Part shown: one piece after another, positions 36,293 to 48,200 of the stretch
How positions within the stretch are numbered: the stretch's first letter is position 1
How the letters are laid out: the number at the start of each line of letters is the position of its first letter
NCBI GenBank assembly: GCA_039621445.1
Contig: CP154954.1
Span: forward strand, 49,517,847 to 49,581,846
From: Euglena gracilis
Lineage: Eukaryota
Direction of reading: 5' to 3'
DNA length: 64,000 nucleotides
The notes under the pieces: model-generated
Database searches by the model: none
What the model saw: only the letters and a program-made list of their open reading frames with translations
What the model was told of the DNA's origin: nothing
Made by a program: the position numbers and the translations under genes

Positions 36293-39200
36293 CTATGTCA
36301 AGAACTGGGCCAAGGGTCAGGGGGGAGCCCGGGTGTGGGGACCGCGGCGCCAAAGGCGCCAACTGTCTATTTAAGACTTTTTACGTCTCGAAATCGGCCC
36401 AAACACAGTTTCACAATGGGTATTCCTTTGCCCCTCACCGACCAGTCGATTGACTGGCCAGTCCCCCATTCTAAATCGGCGAGCCACAAGGTTCCTCAAA
36501 ATATGCAATGCAAAAAAATGCAAAAAAAGCAAAAAAAATGCACCCCCAGGACTTTTTCTGCTAGAGAGGTCTGCTGGAGAAATTTGCCTATACAAATGCC
36601 CCAAAAAATCGGAAAGGGAAAATATGCAAAAAAATGAAAAAATGAATTCTCACTTTGAATCTGTCATTATTCAAAAAAAATGAAAATTATGCAAAAAATG
36701 CAAATTTTCAAGATTTTGGACAATGCAAAAAAATGCCATTATGCAACTTGCATATCCCCCCTCCCCCTCCTCTGCGGGGGCAAAAAAATTTTCCAGTGCT
36801 TTGCACCAGGAGTGTATTTTAGGTCTTTTTTTTGAGGCTCAACCTGAAATTTTGGCAAAGTGGCCAAGAATGACCATAAATCGGGACAGGTTAGATAGGG
36901 CATTTTAAGGGCTTCAATTTAGGTATTGGACAGTTCTTTTGACTAGGTCGGCCCGACCACTGGAGGTCGGGCCAACTAGCCAATGAACCGCATTACCCCC
37001 CCCCTCCCTTTTTCAAAATTTTCAAAGGAATTTTGACTATAGGTCGGTATAGGTCGGGCCGACCATGGTCGGCCCGACCTGTTTGTTACCGACCATTATG
37101 GTCGGCCCGACCATTTGGAGGTCGGGCCGACCATATGGTCGGCAGAAACGACCTCCATGGTTTTTCCATTTCAGAAGCATAAAAACCCTTGGCCAAACCC
37201 TGTGGAACATACAGATGGGCTATTTACCTACCTGGGTGCACACAAAAGGAGTTTGTTGGGGGGCGTGTTTTGGCCATCCTTGCCTTGCACACACAAGGGG
37301 ATTTTGTTATTTGGGGGGGGGGGGGTCGGGGGGGGGGAGGGCAGCCCCCCCGGAGGAGGCTGTAGGCCGACTAAGTTAGCACAAAGGAGTTTGTTGGGGG
37401 GCGCGTTTTGGCCATCCTTGCCTTGCACACACAAGGGGATTTTGTTTGTTTTAGGCGGGGGGGGGGTCCGGGGGGCGGCAGCCCCCCGGAGGAGGCCGTA
37501 GGCCGACTAAGTTCGCGTTTTTCATTTTATTTTTCCATATGGGATGCTTTTTGATGACAGTTCCAAGGTGATTCCAATGTGTTTTCCATCCTTTTGAGTC
37601 AAATTTGCCGAATCAAATTTTGGGGGGGGGGGGGGGGGCTTAAATTTCCAAAAAAGGGTGGGGTAATGCAAATGATTGGAGGTCGGGCCGACCGACATGG
37701 TCGGCCCGACCCTCCAATGGTCGATAGGCCATAGCCAATGGTCGGCCCGACCTAGGTCGGTCTGACCATGGTCGGTACGACCTCCGGGATCGTCATAGCC
37801 AATTATCCACACGGAGCCGTTGAGCAACAAATGGGATTTGGACGCCATCAGACAGGGGGGATATGCAACAAGGCTCGGCCCCAAACATTGGACAGGGGGT
37901 ACTGGCTCGATCATGTAGTCGATCGACTAGCAGTTGCCCTATCGACTGGTCGATCGACTAGTCGATCGACTAACCGGTACAGGGGTGGGGGTCACGTCGG
38001 GTCATCTAGGGTCGGCCCACAAGGGGTTGACCCTAGGCAACCCTAGGCACCGTGGGTTGGTCTGAAAGGTCGGCCCACAACCCCCCCCCCCCAGAGACAG
38101 ATCTACCGGCTCCGTGCGGATGATTGGCTATGACAATCCCGGAGGTCGGGCCTACCATGGTCTGGCCGACCTAGGTCGGGCACACCATTGGCCATGGCTT
38201 ATCGACCGTTGGCCATGACACATCAGCCATTGGGGGTTGGGCCGACCAGGTCGGCCCAACCTCCAATCAACCGCATCACCCCCATTTTTTTTCTTCAAAT
38301 TTAAGGCTCTGTGCGGATGATTGGCCATGACGATCCCGGAGGTCAGACCGGGCCGGCCATTGGTATTGGCTTATCGACCATTGGAGGTCGGGCCGACCAG
38401 GTCGGCCCGACCTCCCCCCCAATTTTTTAAAAACGTGTTCAGCCCGCCAAATGGCTGCCCTGAAATTTGTGGTCATGAACACGTTTTCCATTAAGGCATC
38501 TGTGGCAATGACACGTTTTCCATTAGGGCATCTGTGGCAATGACACGTTTTCCATTAAGGCATCTGTGGCAATGACACGTTTTCCATTAGGGCATCTGTG
38601 GCAATGGCACGTTTTCCATTAGGGCATCTGTGGCAATCACGTGTCGTCCGAAATCATCCGAAAATGCACAAATCGATCGACGATCGCGAGCGGATCTCTG
38701 GCTGTGAAAGCTTTTCAGGTACAAACTCACCCCTCGATCGAAAGCTCTTTTCATCAGACGACTAGTGGTCTCTTTTCATCAGATGACTAGTGGTGACGAC
38801 CAAATTCAGCCACGCCGCTTGGTGCTCTTATTTCCGGTCACTGGGAAATCTTAATTTCACAATTCTTGTACCTCCCTAGACCCCAGATGTCCTCGATTTG
38901 AAGACAAAATTTGTTTCTGTGTGGTTCATTAAGCATTTTAAACCAAGCAGCACCCAAAACCACCACAAATTTCGACAAAGATTCTGGCCGATCCGACGAT
39001 TGGGAGCGTATCTCGGGCTTCGTACAACGTTAGGGTACCAAGTTACCCCTCGATTGAAAGCTCTTTTCAACAGACGGCCAGTGGTGGTCATCAGATTTTT
39101 CCACGCTTCACGGTGCTCACAAAGTTTGCCGTGCGTTTAGGTATGGGGGGAGGGGTACCATGTTTTCCATTAGGGCATCTGTGGCAATGACACGTTTTCC

Positions 39201-42200
39201 ATTAAGGCATCTGTGGCAATGACACGTTTTCCATTAAGGCATCTGTGGTAAGGCACGTTTTCCATTAGGGCATCTTTTTTTCGGTCCGAATTTCACATTT
39301 TCGCGTTTTTGACCCCTTGCGTGAATCATGACCACGAATTTCAGGGCAGGCATTTGGCGGGCTCTGAACACGTTTTTAAACAAATTGTGGCTGAGCCCAG
39401 ATTTCAGCCTGAAAACGTGTTCAGGGGGCCCCCTTCGGGGGACCACTCCTGAACACGTTTTCAGGCTGAAATCTGGGCTCAGCCACAATTTGTGTTTAGA
39501 AATTTAAGTCCCCCCCCCGAAATTTGATTCAGTAAATTTGACTCAAAAATGCACGGAAACACATTGGAATAACCTTGAAACTGTCAAAAAACGTCCCATA
39601 TTTCAAAAAGAAAGAGAAAAAGGATGGCCAAAGCGCGCTCCCTAATGTACTTACCATCCCCCCCCCCATTATGTACCGCCCTCCGGGAGGGTAAAACGGG
39701 GGGGGGTACATAATGGGGGGGAGGTCCCTACGCCCAACCCTAACCCTAACTGTACTACAAAAAAGGGGTGGCGGACGCCGGTTCTGTCCTGAACCCGGCG
39801 TCCGGGGACGCCGGGTTCAGGACAGAACCGGCGTCCGCCACCCCTTGTTTAAAGCGGCGTTTTAGAGACGCCAGGTTCAGGACAGAACCGGCGTTCACCC
39901 CCTTCGGGCCAGGGAGCACTTAGAAATACGTTCACTAGCGTTCCCCTTTAGTCCCATGGGGGAACAGCCAAAACGTCCCAAAGCAAATTCTGAAAAAAAA
40001 ACCAGAGGATTCAAACATAAAATCTCTGAAACTCTAAAAAAGCCATGGGGGTTCCAGCCGTATTCCCCAACCGTATTTCTGACAGAAAAAAACCCAGCCA
40101 AAATTTCCCAACCGTGATAATAAACCCAGCGAGGTCCAACCACAGTTTCCCCTGTCTGAAACAACCCAGGGGCTCCAGCCAACATTTACCAGCCGCAATT
40201 CTGAAAAACGCACGGGGGGTTCCAGCCAGCATTTAACAACCGTATTTCTAAAAAACCCAGGGGGGTCCAGCCAACATTTCCCAACCGTAATTCTAAGAAA
40301 AAACCCAGGGGTGGGCAGTCAAGGCCCCGGGCGGATGATTGGCTATGACGATCCTGGAGGTCGTACCGACCATGGTCGGCCCGACCATTGGTCGGCCCGA
40401 CCATGGTCGGGCCGACCTAGGTCGGGCCGACCACTGGAGGTCGGGCCGACTAGCCAATGAACCGCATTACCCCCCCCCCCGTTTTCAAAATTTTCAAAGG
40501 AATTTTGACTATAGGTCGGTAAAGGTCGGGCCGACCATGGTCGGCCCGACCTGTTTGTTACCGACCATTATGGTCGGCCCGACCATTTGGAGGTCGGGCC
40601 GACCATATGGTCGGCAGAAACGACCTCCATGGTTTTCCATTTCAGAAGCATAAAAACCCTTGGCCAAACCCTGCGGAACATACAGATGGGCTATTTTACC
40701 TACCTGGGTGCACACAAAAGGAGTTTGTTGGGGGGCGCGTTTCGGCCATCCTTGCCATGCACACACAAGGGGATTTTGTTATCTTAGCAGGGGGGGTCCG
40801 GGGGGGGGGGGGGGGCGGCAGCCCCCCCCCCTCCCCCCCCCCCCCCCCCGGAGGAGGCCGTAGGCCGACTAAGTTAGCACAAAGGGAGTTTGTTGGGGGG
40901 TGCGTTTTGGCCATCCTTGTCTTGCACACACAAGGGGATTTTGTTATCTTAGCGGGGGGGGTCCGGGGGGGGCGGCAGCCCCCCCCCGGAGGAGGCCGTA
41001 GGCCGACTAAGTTAACACAAAGGGAGTTTTGTGGGGGGCGTGTTTTGGCCATCCTTGCCTTGCACACACAAGGGGATTTTGTTATCTTAGCGGGGGGGGG
41101 TCCGGGGGGGGGCTGCGCCCCCCCCCGGAGTAGGCCGTAGGCCAACTAGGTTAGCACAAAGGGGGTCCGGGGGGCGCGTTTTTCATTTTTTTTCCATATG
41201 GGATGTTTTTTGACAGTTTATAGGTGATTCCAATGTGTTTCCATCCTTTTTGAGTCAAATTTGCCGAACCAAATTTTGAGGGGGGGGCTTAAATTTCCAA
41301 AAAAGGGGGGGTAATGCGGTTGATTGGAGGTCGGGCCGACCTGGTCGGCCCGACCTCCAATGGTCGATAGGCCATAGCCAATGGTCGGCCCGACCTAGGT
41401 CGGCCCAACCATGGTCGGTACGACCTCCGGGATCGTCATAGCCAATCATCCGCACGGAGCCGGCAGTCAACATTAAACCGAATTTTTGAAATAACCCAGG
41501 GCAGGGCGGGTCCAGCCAAAATTTCCCTGCCGTATGTCTGAAAAAACCCAGGGGGGGTCCACCCAAAACTCCCAACCGTACTTCTGAAAAAATCCAGTGG
41601 GGTCCAACCAAAATTTCTGTAATGTGTCTCCTTGCCGGCAATATGTTTTGCCCTGTAATCAGTGCAGCTGTAGCAACCTGTATGCCTAGCAATCCTCCCC
41701 CCAACCTCAGAAACTGCAAAACGCTTGCCGTCAGTCATCCATGATATTTTGCACTCAGCAATTGTGCCTTTTATCCCCTTTCATCCAAGGAGATTTTTGT
41801 TTCTGGGGTCACATTGGCACACTTTTTTTTACACAAAATACAGTCCCAAACCGGACGCCGGGTTTTGGACAGAACCGGCGTTCCTAACGCCGGGTTTTAG
41901 GACAGAACCGGCGTCCGGAAAACCCGTGGGGGGGGACGCCGGTTCTGTCCTGAACCCGGCGTCTCAAACGCCGGTTTTAACCTAACCCTAACCCTAACTG
42001 TATCCCTAAGCACCTATGAACTGATTGTGGCGTGACTGGGGCGTGACTGTGGCGTGACTGTGGCGTGACTGTGGTGTGACTGGGGCGTGACTGGGGCGTT
42101 CCTGCGGTATGACTGGGGCGGGCGTGACTGGGCGTGACTGGGGCGTGACTGGGGCGTGACTGTGGTGTGACGCCCCTATCCCCAACCCCAACCCTAACCC

Positions 42201-45200
42201 TAACCGTATCCCTGAACATATCCCTTACCCAAACCGTATACCTCACCCTTACCCAAACCGTATCCTTAACCCTAACCCCAACCGTATCCCCAACCCTAAC
42301 CATATCCCTAACCCTAGCCTTATCCCCAACCCTATCCCTAACCCTAACCCTAACCCTGACCCTGACCCTAACCCTAACCATAACCCCAACCGTATCCCTA
42401 ACGGTTTTGAATTTTTTACAAAAATGGGACGTTTTTTTGACAGTTTTGAGGTCATTCCAATGTGTTTACGTGCATTTTCAGCCAAATTAAGAGCATCAAA
42501 TTTTGAGGGGGGGCATAACTTTCAAAAAGGGGGGGCAATGCAGCATTGGAGGTCAGGCCGACGGCCCGACCTCCGGAATCGTCATGGCCAATCATCCGCC
42601 TGGCCCAAATTTAAGCCCCCCCCCCCCACCGAAAATTTGATTCAGTAAATTTGACTCAAAATGCGCGGAAACACATTGAAACCGTGTATTGGGGCTCTGG
42701 CTTCACGCCCGAACCGGCGTTCTGGACGCCGGTTCGGCGCAGAAATTTTTGCGCCGAACCGGCGTTCCAGAACGCCGGTTCGGGCGGGAAGACGGCGTCC
42801 AGGGGACCCAAAATAAAAAGTGCCAAAAAGTGTCCAAAATGGTTAGTAGACATGTGGTAATCACATCTGAGCAGTTTTTGGGGGGTATTTGGCCAGATAT
42901 GGGGGTATTTTGTGCAACAATTTCCATTTGGCCAAATTTGGGGAATTTTTGAAATAGAGTACCATGCAGCACGGCTGAAATCTAAGGCCATCTGCTGAAA
43001 GCCCTTGAGAAGAGCTTTCGATCGATGGGCAACATGGCTGGTGAAACATAGGAATTTCGACTTTGCAAACAGGGTCGGAAAATGCGATCGCCGATTTTCA
43101 GAGTGCTCTGCAGTGTAGCTGAGTTCTGAGGGTACCAAATGAAAGGTCTTGGTGAGAGCTTTCAATTGATATGCTGTATGGCACCTGAGGTGTGGGATTT
43201 CACAAATTAGGACATCAAATTTTGGAATGCACGATCGCTGAAAATAAGCGCTGGATGCATAATGGCTGAATCCTGTGGCCATCTGCCAAAAGCCCTTGAG
43301 AAGGGCTTTCGATCGATGGGTAACATGGCACCAGACGTGTGAAAACTTCAATCGGCCAGTCGACATGGCCCTTCGCCCAAAGGAGCCCAAAAATGCTCCA
43401 AAATGTTCGAAAAATGGGTATTTAGGCCGAAATTGGCCTGGATTCCTTGAACGCCGGTTCGGGCGTGAAGCCAGAGCCCCTAATCCACGGTTTCAACAAC
43501 TGTGTCCAGAACGCCGGTTCGGGCGTGAAGCCGTGTTCCAGAACGCCAGTTCGGGCTGCCGCCCGAACCGGCGTTCTGGAACACGGCTTCACGCCCGAAC
43601 CGGCGTTCTGGACACAGTTTTCGTATCAGAATTGACCTTGAAACTGTCAAAAAAAAGTCACATATTCAAAAAAAGGAGAAAGGATTGCCAAAACCCACAC
43701 CATGATGAACTTAGTCGGCCTGCGGCCTCCTGGGGGGGGACCCCCCCCTAAAATAACAAAATCCCTTTGTGTGTACAAGGCAAGGATGGCCAAACACACA
43801 CCCTGATGAACTTGATGAAGGTGTTTGGTAGGTACCATCCCCCCCCCATTAACCACCACCCGGAAGACCGAAAATGGGGGAGAGGAACACAAAGGGGGAC
43901 GGAACACAATGGGGGGGGTACCCAGGTCCCATTCCCAGACCCGACCGAACAGTCCAAAAGGGGTCATTTTTGGCAACTTTTTGGATGTTTGCAATAAATG
44001 GTCAATTTTCAGCACATTTGCCAAATATCACTTTTTGAAAACGTCCCAAAAACGTCGATTTTTGAGCATTTTTTGGGAAATTCTTTAGAAAAAGTGTTAT
44101 GACAGTGAGCTACCATCCCCCCCCCATTATGTACCTCCCCCCAGGGGGTACATAATTGGGGGGGGTACATAATGGGGGGGGGGATGGTAACATAGCCCCT
44201 CTGTATGTTCCACAGGTTTGGCCAAAGAGTTTGTATGCTTCTTTGAAATGGGAAACCATGGAGGTCGTTTCTACTGACCACATTGGTTGTTACCGACCAC
44301 TGGGTCACGGTACTGAAAAAAACACCAAAATAAACCAGCTCGGGGGGGGGGGGGCAAGGTTCCCGAGCTATTTCCTTTCCCCAAACTCGGACAGCCCAAA
44401 AGTGGTTCTTTCTGGCTACTTTGAGTTGTTTGAAAGACATCATGAAAAAGTGCTTTGGCAGTGAACTATTCTTGTCCCCCCACATGGAACAAAGTGGCAC
44501 AGTCGCAAACCAGTCAAAAAGGGGGTTGTATGTGGGCCAGCCGGATGTGGGGCTCTAGGCGGTAGACTGGGGGGGGGGGGGTCCTGGGTGGTCGGCCGAC
44601 TAGTCGGCCGACCACCCAATTGGTCGGCCGACTAGGCCTGGTCGGCAGCTAGTGGCCCCGGGCGGAATATTGGCCATGCTAGTTCTGGAGGTCGGGCCGA
44701 CCTATGGTCGGCCCGACCATGGTCGGACCGACCTCTGGAGGTCGACAGAAATGGCCACTGTACCGCATTACCCCCCCCCTTTTTCAAAGGACTTTTGACT
44801 ATAGGTCGGGCCGACCTGGTCGGGCCGACCTGTTTGGGTTACCGACCATATGGTCGGCCCGACCAATTGGAGGTCGGGCCGACCACATGGTCGATAGAAA
44901 CGACCTCAATGGTTTTCCTTTTCAAAAGCATCCAAAACCTTGGCCAAACCCTGTGGAGCATAAAAAGCGCAATTTTAGCACAAAAAGAATCCCTGATGGC
45001 ATCAACCTATGGTAAAAAGGAATTTCTGACGTTATTTGAAGGAGTAGGGTTAGGGTTACGACTCTTATCCAAACAGCAGAACATTTCCCGCTCAACGTTG
45101 TTAGATTGGTCTCTACAGGTACCCAGCGAACCCAAAGAGCGCCCAACTAGGGTTAAAAACATGGGGGGACCCGAGCGAGGCGCCGAAGGCGCCGAGCGAG

Positions 45201-48200
45201 GGTCCCCCCATGTGTATTAACCCTAGTTGGGCGGCTCTTTGGGGTAGCTGGTACCTTGTAGGGGCCAATTTATCACGTTTCTGAACAGCCGGCTACAAAC
45301 ATCACAAATTTTTCTGGCCTCAAAGAAGATACTTGTTTTGGCCATCATTGCCTTGCACACAGAAGGGGATTTTGTTATTTTAGGCGGGGGGGTCCGGGGG
45401 GGGGGGGGCGGCAGCCCCCCCCGGAGGAGGCCGTAGGCCGACTAAGTTCGCGTTTTTCAATTTTTTTCAATGTGGGATGAAAGAGCTGGGTTAGGGTTAC
45501 GGTCAGGGTCAGGGTTAGGGTCAGGGTCAGGGTCAGGGGTAGGGGTGGGGTTAGGGTTTGGGCATTGCACACCAAAGGAATTTTTGTCATTGGCCATGGA
45601 TCACACCTGATTTAGCCATTTTTCACAATTTTTTGGAATTTGGGACGTTTTTTGACGTTTCTAAGGACATTCCGATGGGTTTACGTTCATTTCGAATTGA
45701 AATAAGAGAATCAAATTTTTGAGGGGGGGGGCTTAAATTTCCAAAAAAGGGGGGGGTATTGCGGATTATTGGAGGTCGGGCCGACCTGGTCGGCCCGACC
45801 TCCAGAGGTCGATAAGCCATGGCCAAAGGTCGGCCCGACCTAGGTCGGCCCGACCTCCAGAAGTAGCATGGCCAGGAATTCGCACGGAGCCGCAGCTAGT
45901 TGGCGAGACGGGGGGGGGGGGGTAGTGGGTGGTCGGCGGATTAGTCAGCCGACCACCCACTCTAATGTAGTTACGGGCCAGTCTCGCCGACTTTTTATGA
46001 AGAAAATTGCATGCAAACTAGTCGGTGGCTAGTCGGTGGTCATAAAAATGGTCTGTGGCGGGCCCAAACCACCCGGAAATGGTCCGGATGGGTCCAAATA
46101 AGTGCCTTACACCAACAGGAACACCCTCAGATGGAAATCCTTGGTCGGTGGGGGGTCGGTGGGCCCTTGATGGGGTCCGGAGGGGTAAAAAACCAATGAC
46201 GAAACAGGGATTACATGAAAATCCTTTAGAAATGCAAGCATTCTGCATCACGACAGGCTGAAAACTCCCCCCTCCACCCCCATCCGAGCCTCAGATAACA
46301 AAATCCCTTCTGTGTTGGCATCATGCTCGGGGGCTAAGTCGTTTTGTGGCCCCCTTTGGCATAGGCGGGGGGGCCCCGCCCCCCCCCCCCCGCACCCCCC
46401 CCTCAAATAACAAAATCCCTTCTATGTTGGCAACATACTCCGGGGTTAAGTCGTTTTTGTGGCTCACTTTGGCATAGGCGGGGGGGGGGGCCCCCCCCCC
46501 CCCCCCCCGCACCCCCCTCAAATAACAAAATCCCTTCTATGTTGTCAACATACTCCGGGGTTAAGTCGTTTTTGTGGCTCACTTTGGCATAGGCAGGGGG
46601 GGCTCCGCCCCCCCCCCCCCCCCCCTGAAATAACAAAATCCCTTCTATGTTGGCAATATACTTGGAGGGCTAAGTCCTTTTTGTGCAAAATTTGACTTAT
46701 ATTGACTTATATACAACGGGGAGAGGTGTTCTTTTGCCAAAAGTGGCCCAAAATGGACACTTTGCCCCCAGTTTTTTGCATATTCACCCTCGATTGGGGG
46801 TTCTGGAGCCATTTGGGTGGGTTTTGACTGGTGTTGAGGTGATTTGGGTACTTGTCTGTTATCGCACGACATACCCCCCCCTTTTGGTTATCGCACGACA
46901 CCTTATTTTTAGTCCTATGGGGTTATTGAAGGAGTAGGGTTAGGTGCGCACAGGCCATGTAGCGCAACATGGCTTGTGCGCACCTAACCCTACTCCTTCA
47001 ATAACCCCATATTAACCCAAAAAAAGGGCGTCGTGCGATAACCAAAAGGGGGTATGTCGTGCGATAACAGACAAGTACCGTGATTTGGACAAAAAATTTT
47101 TTCTCAGTGGGGGGGCTTAAAAGCCGGCGAAACTGGCCCGCAACTACATTAGAGTGGGTGCTCGTGCGCCCAGTAGGCCGACCACCTCCCCCCCCCCCCC
47201 GTCTCGCCGACTAGCTGCCGACCAGGCCTAGTCGGCCGACCACCCAGCCCCCCCCCCCAGTCTACCGTCTGGCACTCGGATGTGGCAACAACCCCCACCG
47301 TCCTGCTAGTGATCACTGATCCCTCTTCTGATCCTGTTGGCAGAATAGACGGTGCTGTGGCAATGCTGGTAGAAGGCAGAAAGCTCGTTGTTGGCAATGC
47401 ATTGGTGACAGCACTGCACATGAGGACCAGGCAGACATTTGACAAGAATCAGAGCAAAGACTATTGTTTTTTTTTTGGAATACCATGACCCCCCTTGCTG
47501 TTCCCGTCCTATGGATCCCTTTTGGGTGTATGGGAACAGCAAGGGGGGGGAGCTCCCACCTTGCTGTTCCCATGGGCCATGAACTAACCAACCAAGTTAG
47601 ACCCAAAAGGCCACCTAAAATGCCAAAATGAAGCCTTTATGGTTCACATGCTTGAAAATTGAACCTCCACAACACCCATTTTGGTGTTGGTTTAGAGTTT
47701 GATGGACTAAAACCAACCAAAAAATTCCCTTTTTCTCTCTTTCTTCCAAGAATCCCTGGCAAAAAGTGCCCTGACACTGTACTGTTCCCGTCCCCCCAAT
47801 GGGAACAGTAAGGGGGTGAACAGTAAGGGGGAGGGGCATGGTAGCAACGTCCAACAGCAAAAAAAACACCCCAAAGTTCAATGAAAAGTTGAGTTCTTGA
47901 TGTGAGAAATTGAAGAAAAAAAACCACAAAGAATGTGGTGAGTAAATTACACACATTTTTTCTTTCCAAAATCTCGGGAGTACCCCCCCTTCTTCCACGC
48001 CAATGAATGGCACACGCAGCCGTCGACCAAGATGGTGTTGTTGTCGTCTGACTGAGGACAAACTGGAGGACTTCTGAAGCAAAAAAACTGTGTCTTGGAT
48101 GCATACTCCGTCCTGAGCACTGTGTTTTGGACACAGGACTCAGGACGGGGGGGGATGCACTAGCGAGTGGGAAAAAATTAGTTCCCACTTGAAATGCCCA

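Noticed and set aside
38479-39275. CRISPR-like 32-bp repeats
   Set aside because: Units are contiguous with no unique spacers, and there are no cas genes; this is a minisatellite.
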